DNA of 64,000 nt, taken from contig NEEC01000013.1 of NCBI GenBank assembly GCA_002189035.1, positions 1,054,001 to 1,118,000 on the forward strand, in the 5' to 3' direction. Both the position numbers and the translations under genes were made by a program. Numbering within the stretch: the first letter of the stretch is position 1; each line of letters starts with the position of its first letter. Below, piece by piece: positions 12,822 to 25,042 of the stretch. This stretch comes from Utricularia gibba (lineage: Eukaryota > Plantae > Magnoliophyta). The notes beneath the pieces were generated by a model. That model had not been told where the DNA came from. It saw only the letters and a program-made list of their open reading frames with translations, and ran no database searches.

Positions 12822-13853
12822 TTAAGATCTACATTCGGATGCTAAACCATGCACAATAAGCTCTCTTTCACAGTCACTAGAGGCAAGGAAGTAGCGTAAC
12901 CTCGCAAGGTTGGAACTAATCGTCTCTGCTATGGTAAAACGTTCGATGGCAGTTAATTGCACCGGCATACCTCTAATGGTCTCCCCTGCCTGACGCTGAT
13001 TATCCACCAACTCCCGTGCTTGCTGCACCACTGTTAATCTCAAGTGACATAGGTCTTCGCATGTGCACACGTTAAGCTCCTTCATTTTTTTGATGAACTA
13101 CTTCATCATCGATTCCCCTTGATCCCCTGCCGCTTCATCCAGTCCGCCGCGACGACTCGGTGTTGTTGTGTGACTCGAAGTCCCTACTAGGCGTGACGTT
13201 CACACCCTCCGCAGCACAACCAATTGGGTCACAAGGTGTGTCAGCATACGAGAAGTTCATATTGAGTCCAGTGCTATCTGTGTCCAGAGGGCAATCCGAA
13301 AATACTTCCAGATTCTCCCCAACATCTTCCATGAATTTCCTCTTTTTGGTCGCGGTTACATAGCTCATCGTTTTTTCTCCTGTAGCCCGATCCTTTCCAA
13401 AGATTTCCTACCACTCCATGTAATACGGCCACGCTTTGTGTCTTAGGGTGTGTAGTCTGGGTGCATGCTGACATAATAACACAGTCAACATTAGATATAA
13501 CACAGCGACAACATGGCATACGTACCTGATCAATCTCCTTCCAAACCTCATCGTCTGCGTCTACGGTGTAGGTCAGCTCACTGAAACCGGTGCCCGACCT
13601 TGATAAAAAATCTACAAGGAGGTAGTAGTCTTTTTTCCAGGTGCGCACCTTGCTAGATATATGCGGGTGTGCGCGGATGTCGGTTCTAGGTCGGAGTTTC
13701 AAGAACTTTGTCTCTAATGCTCGGTGATACAATTTTCCAACCTTCTTTCACTATCTGCTTCAAAGCGTGGAACAAGTCTTTCTCCTTATCTGGCTTCCAG
13801 GCACGTTTCGTTTTTTTGTGAGACTCTTCCACCACGATTGGGCTATGCATACC
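12822..13853 (-). pseudogene. PIF/Harbinger Myb/SANT-like DNA-binding protein (ORF1), frameshifted
   Basis: KRAWKPDKEKDLFHALKQIVKEGWK, HPHISSKVRTWKKDYYLLVDFLSRSGTGF, TVDADDEVW, a KPWPYY...EIFGKDRATG-type block and a C-terminal LTAIERFTIAETISSNLARLRYFL. The blocks sit in several frames and lie convergent to the transposase. Confidence 0.85.
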
Positions 13854-15363
13854 TGCAATCTTTGCTGGAGGAAAGAAAACAGCAAGAACAAAGCACCTAC
13901 ACTGAGCACTTACCACAAGTAAACCGTAAAATTCACTCAAAATTCAACGGATTTCAAACGAGAAACTCTGCGCAACGAAGGAAGTATACAAACTGGACTT
14001 AACCCATGGCTCTTCACTCTCAATTACTTGTAACAACCGAGTGTGAAAATCGGTGGACAAAGGGGGAAAACTAATGGTAATAAAGAGGAATATGTCTGAT
14101 TGGTAAAGTCGGTGTGAGTCGGTGGACGAGTGTGAAAGGCTATATTGGTAAATTCCCATGAAAATTATGTATAAACCCAATTTTATACCCACCTACCAAA
14201 CGTGGGTTCATTTAAACCCAAATAATGTAAACTCATCAACCAAACATGATTTACAGAGACTAACCCCACAAACCCGGTTCCCTAAACCCAAATAAACTAA
14301 ACCTGGGTTTAGGCCAAACCCAGCAACCAAACGCGCCCTTATATGTTGTGGTATAACATGCAATTTATGAAAACATAGTATAATTACAATATTATACCTC
14401 ACTTGTCACTTATGGTGATATGTGTATAGGAATAATGGTGCTGCATTTCACGTGAAGAAGACAAAAATGACCACACAACAAACAGCCAAGCCAAAGGGGA
14501 GCTCTTTGTTAATGTAAGGAAGTACAGAATTGTGTGTAGACGATGGGGAATTTATAGATTACATAATCAGTTGCTAACATCCTAAAGTCACTCCATGCGA
14601 TAAGGGCCTAGAATTGTGCCTTTGACTTGACGAAAAACCTCAAATAATGGGATAGTAGTTGATCTTAAAGGTGTAAACCTGTTCCAACTCTTTTCATAAG
14701 CCTAAATTTGACCATCTCATGTTAAAGTAGGGTATACTAGTGTACCTTGTGACATTACACATCTCGATTAGGAGTCAGTCTCCTTAGTACGCCTCTCCTT
14801 ATGACTCCAAGCCTTATTTCTCCAATTATTCATGTTCTTCAAGAATGCGCTTCATCTTTATGACAAGGGTTTTGTTGATGGCTTCTTGAAGTACGGGCCT
14901 CGGATTTGTAAGCCGCATCGGGGCATCAATCGACTACGTGGCACATATCTACAAGAACGGTGGATGGGCTATTGTCAATGGTGATAAAGTCGAGGTCTCC
15001 AAGAATCCACCTACCGAGCATGGGATATCTTCACTCCACTTCTACGAGACAAAAGCTGCCTCACAAGTCACAGCTGAACGATTGAGTAGCAGAAAATAGC
15101 CAGAGAAGTTAAACACATTCCAAGGCCAATCCACTTTAGTACCTATTAACTTGGATAAGTTTGGTTTTATCTAAATAAGAAATTTGTTAGGTAACCTGAG
15201 TTTTTCATCCTCTGGTCACTTTGAATTCGATGTTTTTGTGGAATGTTTCAATGATGGTTATTCTCTCTTACAAAGTATAGTTTAGTAGGAACTTCCGGTT
15301 ATCCACAACAACTGGTTCATGGCGGCAGACCTCTCAAAGTCGCTGACAAGAATTGAGCCGAAA

Positions 15364-16245
15364 CTACACATTTTCCGGCAACTGAAACCTCTGCGAGCCC
15401 ATAATCCGGCGAGAGGGGGTCTCTACGAAGAGAGCAATCCCACATCTTGCTGGGTTAAAATCCTCCCGGAGACAAAAGCTCACGGCCCCGGAGATAGTTT
15501 TCTTGGCGGAGATGTCCTTCACAGAGCAAAGCTTTTCTATGCCACGCACCACGTAGTCGCTAGCCAAAACCCTGCCCTTGTTTGCTCCGGCTTCGCAGTC
15601 GGTGATCAGGCCGCTCTCGAACAAAGCAACCATGACGTTCACTCCTTGACCGTCCACCTTCGTCCTCAGGGATCCCGTCAATGATACTTCAATCGTCCCT
15701 TGAGATCCCCTTTTGAATGTAGCCTACACCCCATGTAAGAAAAACAGATAAATAAATACGGACAATTTTAATAATTAGTAAATGAAAAAATTGTATCATA
15801 AAACATATAAAAAAAATTAATACATCACCTGGAAAAGGGGTGCCGGAGTTCTCCGTGCGGCGATGATGCAGGAAAGCAGGGCCTCTTCCTCATTGCCCAT
15901 GCATTGGTCGGCGCCCTGTACCACGATCTGCGGCGTGAAGATGGTATCGAGATGCAGGGTTTCAACGTAAGCCTTCTGGCGCACGGTCCATTGACTGGAG
16001 GCAAAGGGATCCTTCCATCCATTGTAATCCCAGTAATCGACGTGGTACGCCAGAAGAATCAACGGGATTTCGAGATTGAAATCGCCCCGGCCGAGACGGG
16101 AGAAGAGGGATTCCGCCTCCGTGGAGGCCGCGCATCCCTGGGAGGAGAAGAGCTCCACCAGGATTGGGCCCAACTCCGGCGTGGTGGCGACGTGGCTCGA
16201 TCCAGAGGATACTTTTCCAAAACAGTTGAAGAGACGAGGCGCCAT
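15364..16245 (-). CDS. DUF1223 thioredoxin-like-fold protein, 2 exons (16245-15829, 15723-15364), 258 aa
   Basis: LVELFSSQGC...LLAYHVDYWDYNGWKDPFASSQWTVRQKAY...FTPQIVVQG, and GANKGRVLASDYVVR in exon 2. Canonical GT-AG intron in phase 0. Confidence 0.9.
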
Positions 16246-19200
16246 GATCGAACGCTTCGCCCCGATCGGAAATCGGTTCAGGTGGATGGAGAATGCAGAA
16301 CCAGAAATGATATGATAACTAATGGACGACACGGAGTCCACCAGGAAACATTGGCCATGCAAATGCATGGGATCACCCCATTTTCGATATATTATTTTAA
16401 ATTAAAATTGCATCTTAAAAAAAAAAAGAATATTTCCATTAACCACAGTAAATTTGTGATACTAGAAGGCTACCTGGATTTCACAAATACATGAATTTAA
16501 ATAAACCATTTAAAAAACACCTATAGTCCCTATTTAATTTTTAAAATACCTGAATATTAAAATGTTAAAAATACAACCATTCTTTAAAAAAATTTAATTC
16601 TATTAAAAAACAATTAAGTGACATTTTTCTTCACACACCCAAAGTATGTTGTGGAAAAAATATTTTTTAAAAAAATTGAAAGCATATTAAAAATATATTT
16701 TGAGAAGAACTATGATTGAATCTCTAAAATCATGAACCATTTGTGTAAATGATTCAACATTTTTTTGACGATTTAAGACACTACTATAACCTAGTATGGA
16801 AACTAATGCATCAATGTTTAATGATTTATTATGCCTTAATTTTTAGGTATTAATTATGCACTAAATTTCATAAAACGTCACACAACAAAAATATATAAAT
16901 ATAAATAATTATTAATTATTGATGATACACATGGGACATTTTAAAAGTACCTCCTTACTGGGCCCTTTTATCAAAATACTTGTGTTATAAAATTTTTTTA
17001 GCATATTATCTGTTATTACATTTTTATTATGAAAATATTTGTAATTTGTATTTATTGCTAAAACACCAATATTTTTACTATATTTTTTTTACATGAATCG
17101 AATAGTGAAAATCATGTAATTTTTTTAATTGAATTATTTTAATTGAAAACAAATTTGAAACATTTTTAATTTATTTTTTTATATTTAATCCATAAAAATT
17201 TAAAAATTTTAATAAATATTGTAATTATACATTTTATATATGCTTGTTTGTTTATTAATAAAATATTACAAAGAAATTGCAACATTCTGAAATTTGTGAC
17301 ACATTAGCTTAGTTGGTTATTGGTTTGATAATATTATGATTTATTAAGATGTTTTGAATTTGAATATTAAAAATAAAGTTTTATAAATTTGACTTATTCT
17401 ATTGGTATCTGATGAGTACAAATATAGTCACATTTAGATGGATAAATATGTAGTATTAATCTCAATTCACGGTATGTATTATAATTCTTGATTTTTTTAA
17501 TAATTATTTTTTTCTTTATCAAAAACTTAAATTAAATATTTTTTTGGACAATAATAATTCATACCATTTCAGATAAACTAATATATTTTAATATACAATA
17601 TATACATTACAAAAAAAATTAAAAAAACAGGTATTACAATAATAATTTCAAAACAACAGAAATTTTTATTATAAAAAAATTACATTTATTTTGATGAATA
17701 CAAAAAAAGAACAGGCATTTTGAAAAAAACAATTATGACATAGGTATTTAACTAAATTTATGCTCTATCGCTTCTTTTGTAAGGATTTTTAAATATAATT
17801 ACTTAATTATAATATTAGACTATAGATGAATATAAATAATAATTAATTAACGTTGAAACATGCTTTTGAAATAAAAAAAAATAGCAAGATGGGTATTTTT
17901 TTAATAAAGTTTGGACGGTTGGGATTTTTCAAAGTTTTAAAAATTGCAAGTGGGTACATTTTTAAACAAGCCCTATAAAAAAGCTTTTTTCATTTTCCAC
18001 CCGTCTGACCTGGCGCCTAAACACTCCGACTCCAATTAGTTTACCACCATATATTTGAATCATGAGTTTATCTCCCGGAATTGCGTAACTGGAGCCCACC
18101 GACTATGATGCAAGTATTGTTCTTTTTTTATATATACATTTACGTATGGATACACGAATTTTCGAATATACGTATAAATTCATATACATGTATTCGATAT
18201 CGTTTTATTAAAAATATTACTATTTACTAATTTCCTTCACTTTTTGGTCAATATTAGTTCCATTTTTCTCATTTGATGTTGTGCAGATTGTATCTTTTAC
18301 AGTCCATTAGCAGCATCAACTATCATTAGAAATCATAAGAATGTTTTATCTAGCAATGTTGTGTCCTAGAAAAGAGTTTATGTAATATTTATTGAAGTTT
18401 TACGTTAAATCATCATAATTAAATATTTTGTTTAAAAACATTGATTAAACATTATGAAAAACTTAATACTTTATTATTGATACTTCTTTTTAAATATTAT
18501 ATATTAAATTCCTTATTCATTATTTTATAATTTTATTTATTTATAATAAATATTTTTTGTTTTAAATATAAATACATTTAAATTTCGTGTTTGAATCCCT
18601 GAATTCAAGGATTTGTTTGATAATGTAAAATATAATCAATTTAAGCTAATAAAATTGTTTTATTTTATGATATAAAATTTAATAAAATAAATTATATATT
18701 GTAGAGTAGACTAAAATTGAATAATATAATTTTTAACGTTTATTAAAAGTGAATATTTTTTATTTAATCACTAAAAACATAGATTTAATAAGTTTAATAT
18801 AAGCTAATTAGAAAATTTAAATATGTAATTTTACAATAAAATGATTAAATATTAAAAAATTAAATAAAATCAATTCAAAAAATTATGTTTATAATATAGC
18901 CATCATACTCGAACTTCACCGGGTTCCCACTACTTCTTACGCTTAGAGCCAGGCCCTCTTTAAAAAATAATTGCATGTTGTACAGATGCAATTAAATAAA
19001 CGAAACTTGATCGACTTAATAACTTTTTTCAATTTCAATCTTTTTTTATTTGAATTAAATATTCAAGAGTAAAACTATTTCAACACTCTGCTTTGTTGTC
19101 CATCCAAACCTGGTTGTCCGGGGACCTTATTGCCCGATACAGAAATTGTTCAAATAACAGAAATATTTGACTTTTTCACTAGATTACTAAAATAATTATT

Positions 19201-21244
19201 TAAATAACACACCATGAAAATAATTTTCTAATTTCATTCAACGAAATGTAATGTCCATCAACCGGAACCCCACAATAAAACCACCATGTTTCTTTATTTT
19301 CGATAGTGTTTTAAATGGGGAAAAAGCCGTGAATCGTTTGCATAGGCGGTTTGCGATTTAAATGATTTTGTTATTGTTTAAATTATGATTAAATTGATCG
19401 TTTTTTAAATTTTTTTTAATGTTTCTATTCTGAATAAATATCAATATGTGATTGACTTGTAATCGAATTGCAATTAAATTGTAGTTCAATCTTGATCTAA
19501 CCACAATTTAATTGTAATTTATTTTTCTTATTTTAAAATGAGTCGAATATAATTCAATTCATATTATGAACAATTCGTAGTTCAACCTTTTTGAACCACA
19601 ATTTTCAAACTGTTTAGATATCATGCAGATGGGGGAAGGATTACTTTTTACTCTATAACATACTAAATTATTGAAAAAATTACATTCAGAAAAAAATGAT
19701 TCTTATAATTATTAAACATTTTATTAACAATTTAATAAACAATCACTTCAAAAAACTAAAATAAAACATTAATTATTAAGTTCATTCATTTTTTTAAAAA
19801 AAATTATAAGAAAATTTAAGCAATCAATAAATACTAAAATTGCATTCAAGGTAATTTTTTGAGTTCCATTGACTAAGGTTAGAAAAATAAAATGAAAAAT
19901 GGAATATTCTATGAGGTGCAATATAAAGATTATTAAATTTATTATATGTTTTTCATAATTAAATAATAATTTAAAAATAAACTAGATTAAAAAGTCGCCT
20001 TTACGGAATTCTTGGAATTCTATAGTAACTGAAAGTCAATGAATACAGTTAAATTCCATTGACCTAAAAAAAGATTATTAAATTTATTTAATGTTCTGAA
20101 AAATTAAAAATAAATAAATATTCAATTTATAGAAATGATGAAGATTAATACTTAATGCACATCTATTTTGTAAATAAATTTTCAAAAAAAGAAAGATATT
20201 TTTATCAAGTTTAATGATATTTTCTGGACGGTTGATATCCGGACAATGAACTACTCCTACTCCCGCCATTTCCGGAAATTGCGACGTCAACTTGTGGTGC
20301 TGAATTATTACAAGAAAATAAAGACTATTTGTACCTTAAATTAAAAATTTGAGGCTACTTAGTTCCTTTGTTGAAGATCAAAAATTATTTTCGAAAAATG
20401 ATTATAATCCAATAAAAATATTTTTGAATTTCAAATACTCTTGAAACATAAATCAATATTTCATAACAAAAGTTTTTTTAAAAAAACATGTTTGAAATAA
20501 AATTGTACTACAATTGTGGATGTAGTGGAACATAAACTAATTGTAGTACAATTGTAGTACAGCCCTTGAATAATTGAGCTCGAACATGCTCATATTCGTA
20601 TTCCATATAATTTCACGTCCAGATTTTGTTGAAATTAAGGATACAAAAGAGTTAGAAGAGTATATGTAAAATCCAAATATATAAAATATATAAATCATAT
20701 TCGAAAAATTATATACAATCAGCTATTAATAATTTATAATTGTTTATATATTTAATTATTTCATTTTAAATTTACTATATGAGATTGTTTATTCTAATAG
20801 ATTTGAATATTAATTTCAAGTATTGAAACTTAACTTAGCAGGGCATAAATCATTTCAATGCTCTGATAAATTTTAATCATGTTAATTTTTTTTAAAAAAA
20901 GGAAGCAACCTGCTCCCTAGTCTGCATTTACATCCTATAAAAATTATGGCATGCATGTAAACCCTATGTGTGTCCAGAAACAAGAAAAAAAGAAAAAAAA
21001 CTAGATTCCATTACTGGGACCCATGTTGTAACATTAGTATTTATGACTGCTGCTGTGATCGTCCGCATCTCATAATTTTTTCTTTTTACTTGGCGTGTCA
21101 CATGTCTAAATCCAATGTTCTACGACAGGGAGATCGATTGTGGAGAATTGCCCCAGGCATCCTCGACCCTACGCACGCCCCCCAGCGTTTGAACCCGGAC
21201 AGTGAAACACAGGGAATGGCCCCACGTACGAAAACCTGAGGGGG

Positions 21245-21909
21245 AAGAGCCAAAAGTCGAGCTGTCCCGGTACGAGGAGAGGGTCACACAGTAGAGGTCA
21301 CCCCTGGCTCTTCGGCACCGCCGATGGGGTGCCTCACGAGTTGCCGCTTACCCCCTAACACCACTTGGAAGCCACCGTCCGGCACTGAGCCAATAGCCAG
21401 CACTGCTTTGACGCATGCTACTCGGTCCCAGTTGGAAGCACCAAGCTGAATGGAATCGATCCGCGATCCGGTTTGTTTCATTTTCTGTGTGGCCTTTGGG
21501 ATCCCGGAGCGGCAGCGGACGGTTGGTGTAATATTTTAGTCTGTGGCATCATAATCATGAAGAAGGGTCCAACAACAAGTACCCATACCCACACCAGAAT
21601 AGGACTGAATTTGAAAGGTTGTATAAAAAACAGCGCAATTATGTATCCATCAAGGAATCTGCGTGACGCAGCTGCCGTGGCGTGTTTGGAGGATTGAATT
21701 GGGATCTTCTGCAGTCGCCGGCGGTAGGTCGAACCACCGGTTGTGGTTTGTGGCCTGGGGTAGATAAGGGGAGTGGGATAGAACGAGGTTGGGATTTAAC
21801 GTGGTGAGGAGTTCGAGTGTGAATAGAAAACACGTTTTGAAAAAGAAAAAAAGGATTAAATTTATGAGAAATATATTTTGGATATGCATCCTCCCTGTTC
21901 CTATATAAA
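21245..21909 (+). promoter_or_regulatory. Nitrate reductase upstream region: TATA box plus a cluster of NLP/NRE-like half-sites
   Basis: TATATAAA at 21902-21909. TGNCYYTT-type motifs or near-matches: AAGAGCCA 21245, GAGGGTCA 21279, AGAGGTCA 21293, TGGCTCTT 21305, TGGCCTTT 21490, AAGGGTCC 21563. No full bipartite NRE with 10-nt spacing was seen. Confidence 0.4.
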
Positions 21910-22005
21910 CCACTCATCCCCGTCACAAATTGTGTGCAGGGAAAACGACTTGGGGAAATTCACTCGAGGTAGCAGGGAGAAATACCCCTCTCTAGACCCA
22001 CAACC

Positions 22006-25000
22006 ATGACGGCTTCCAACGGCGACCAACAGAAAGGTTCTCCGGTGACGGTGGTTGCTTTCTCAGCCAAATTCCAATACTCCTCTTCAAGCGAAGAGGA
22101 GGATGATGACAACGAGGGATACAGGTCGCCGGCGAGTAACGCCGACGGTGAGACAGAGCCCTCTGTTCTCGATCCGCGGGACCAAAACACCGCCGATAAC
22201 TGGATTCCTCGCAACCCATCTATGGTTCGGCTCACAGGGAAACACCCATTCAACGCCGAGGCGCCACTCCCGAAGTTGATGAGTTCGGGTTTCATCACGC
22301 CTGTTCCTCTTCACTACGTCCGTAACCACGGCCCGGTTCCCAAATCCACCTGGGAAGAATGGACAATCGAAGTTACCGGGCTGGTAAAAAAACCAGCCCT
22401 ATTCACCATGAACCAATTAGTAACCGAATTCCCATCCAAGGAATTCCCCGTTACCCTCGTCTGCGCCGGGAACCGCCGCAAGGAACAGAACATGGTGAAA
22501 CAGACAATTGGGTTCAATTGGGGTGCGGCAGGCGTATCCACTTCGGTGTGGAGAGGGGTTCCCCTCCGCACCGTGCTTATACGATGTGGGATTATGAGTA
22601 ATCGGAAGAGGGCACTGAATGTCTGTTTCGAGGGGGCCGAGGATTTGCCCGGAGGCGGCGGATCGAAGTACGGGACGAGCTTGAGGAAGGAAGTGGCGAT
22701 GGATCCAGCGAGGGATATTATATTAGCGTATATGCAAAACGGGGAGAGATTGACGCCGGATCATGGGTTCCCGTTGAGGATTATTATTCCCGGATTCATC
22801 GGCGGGAGAATGGTGAAGTGGCTGAAGCGGATATTCGTCACGACGGCGGAATCCGATAACTATTACCATTACAAGGATAACAGAGTTTTCCCGTCGAGCG
22901 TGCACGCCGAGCTCGCGGATTCTCAAGGTATCCCATCCATCCATTCATCCACTTTTGACTTCACCTTCTTACCATTGTATTTCTCTTTCCATGTTGGAAC
23001 GAGCCTTTCCCTAGAAATAAAACACATGCATGGCCCTAAGTTTCGGTATGCTTGGAATTTTCTTTTTCATTTTTTCAAAGTATCATAAATCCGAAATATG
23101 AGGGCTGAGATTCATGTATGGGGCTGTGGACAAGACAAGTGGTCGGCCACGTGCTTCAGAACCCACATCCACAGTTGGACACAAGTGATTGGCTCTACTG
23201 GATTCCCGGCGCAAATGTGCACAGTTGATGATTGTCACAACTGTTGTGTTGCAGGGTGGTGGCACAAGCCGGAGTACATCATAAACGAGTTGAACGTTAA
23301 TTCAGTCATCACCACCCCATGTCACGGAGAGGGGCTGCTCCTGAATGCTCAGACTGCATACTCCTTGAGGGGCTACGCCTATTCTGGTGAGTTGCACACC
23401 CAGCCAGTGCTTGAGTGATGATTTTTGAATGAGAACTGAACTGTAATTTCGAATTGGAGGGGGCGGGAGGAGAGTGACGAGGGTGGAGGTGAGCATGGAC
23501 GGCGGTGGCACGTGGCGAGTTTGTGCTTTGGACCGGCCTGAGAAACCCAACAGGTATGGGAAGTACTGGTGTTGGTGCTTCTGGAGCTTGGAGGTGGAGG
23601 CGGGGGAACTCCTGAGGGCCAAAGAAATCGCTGTGCGGGCGTGGGATGAGGCCCTCAACACGCAGCCGGAGAACCTCATTTGGAATCTTATGGTGGGTTA
23701 TATGAGTCAGTGTCTGGATTGGTTGTTACTGTAGCTTGTGTTTGATCATTAGGAGCAATTTCAGGGGATGATGAACAACTGCTGGTTCCGAGTGAAGGTC
23801 TCTGTGTGTCAGGCACAAGGTGAAACTGCAATCGTGTTTGAGCACCCGACTTTGCCGGGGAACGACACAGGGGGTTGGATGACCAAGCAGGTCCGGTCCG
23901 TTCAGGAGGACAAGAGTGTCTCGTTACCCAACGCCCCTTCTGATGTTTTCTCCGTCTCTGAGGTTGAGAAGCATCGGTCTACTGATTCCGCCTGGATCAT
24001 CGTCCACGGACACATATACGACTGCACCCGCTTCCTCAAGGATCATCCCGGAGGAGCCGACAGCATTCTGATCAATGCCGGTACGGACTGCACTGAGGAA
24101 TTCGACGCCATTCACTCAGCTAGTGGGAAGAAAATGCTCGAGGAATATAGAATTGGGAAGCTCGGTATCAATGGCAAGATCAGTGAAGAAGACGCATTTC
24201 AGGTTACGTCCTATCCCGAGAGTCCCCTGACCGCCACAAAAGGTGAAAGTATTGCTCTGGATCCACATCAGAAAATCTCCTGCAAGCTGGTGGCCAAAAC
24301 AACGCTAAGTCACGACGTTCGATTACTCCGATTCGCCTTGCCGGAATCGGAACAGTTGCTGGGATTACCTGTGGGGAAGCACATCTTTCTCTATGTTACC
24401 GTACAGGGGAAGCTCTGCATCCGAGCCTATACTCCGTCGAGCGACCCCAGAGCTGTCGGTTATTTTGAGTTAGTGGTGAAAATCTACTTCAAAGGCAAGC
24501 ATCCTGACTTCCCTGACGGCGGCTTAATGTCGCAGCATCTGGACGCGCTCGAACTGGGTTCCTCTGTGGAGGTAAAGGGGCCCGTTGGCCACATAGAGTA
24601 CACCGGACAAGGTAGCTTTCTGGTCCATGGGAAACCCAGATGTGCTAAGAAGCTAGCGATGATTGCGGGCGGCACAGGGATCACGCCGATTTACCAGGTG
24701 ATGCAGGCGGTAATGAGCGATCCGGACGATCGGACGGAGATGCACTTGGTGTACGCAAATCGAACTGAGGAAGATATCCTGCTGAGAGAGCAGATCGATT
24801 CTTGGGCAGAGAAGTGCCCTGAGAAGTTAAAAGTTTGGTATGTGGTTTCAGAAAGTGTGAAGCAAGGATGGAAATACAGCGTCGGAATCATCAACGAAAC
24901 TGTGCTGAGAGAACATATTCCGGCAGCTTCCGAATATACCCTGGCCCTGGCTTGTGGACCTCCGGGAATGTTGCAATTCTCCGTGAAACCAAATCTGGAG

Positions 25001-25042
25001 AGAATGGGTTATGACCTTGTGGAATCACTATTCATATTTTAA
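22006..25042 (+). CDS. NIA: Assimilatory nitrate reductase, 4 exons (22006-22927, 23255-23386, 23460-23692, 23765-25042), 854 aa
   Basis: Moco domain ([32 protein letters not shown]), dimerisation domain (WCWCFW), cytochrome b5 ([19 protein letters not shown]), FAD/NAD domain ([18 protein letters not shown]). Three introns at the usual plant NIA positions and an open spliced frame. Confidence 0.97.

Larger units (their letters stand above)
7117..14338. mobile_element. PIF/Harbinger DNA transposon, 7222 bp, composite (cargo-carrying)
   Basis: Perfect 15-bp TIRs GGGCGCGTTTGGTTG (7117-7131) / CAACCAAACGCGCCC (14324-14338), TTA TSD at 7114-7116 and 14339-14341. Contains a DDE transposase on + and a Myb/SANT-like gene on -, the canonical two-gene PIF/Harbinger set. 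Confidence 0.95.

Noticed and set aside
14890-15100. ATG-less open frame of about 70 codons (GLGFVSRIGASIDYVAHIYKNGGW...)
   Set aside because: No start, splice context or recognisable family. Possibly TE debris.
16100-16160. DUF1223 motif has one Cys (QGCAAS) instead of the bacterial CxxC
   Set aside because: As I recall this is the normal state in plant members, so not unusual.
15904-16494. 196-aa plus-strand ORF and other long antisense ORFs over NIA, NAC, the duplicated genes and the secreted-protein genes
   Set aside because: Shadows of GC-rich coding sequence on the opposite strand, with no motifs of their own.
17305-17365. A-box-like tagcttagttggtta with a decayed B-box-like tract
   Set aside because: No cloverleaf can be built. 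At most a decayed SINE, not a tRNA gene.
16932-17973. Possible Mutator-like MITE with degenerate GGG...tttaaaa.gtacc ends
   Set aside because: End similarity is weak and there is no 9-bp TSD.
21120-21460. GC-rich block considered as 7SL, MRP, snRNA, telomerase RNA or an rRNA fragment
   Set aside because: No resemblance to the sequences I recall and no USE (TCCCACATCG)/TATA Pol III promoter nearby.
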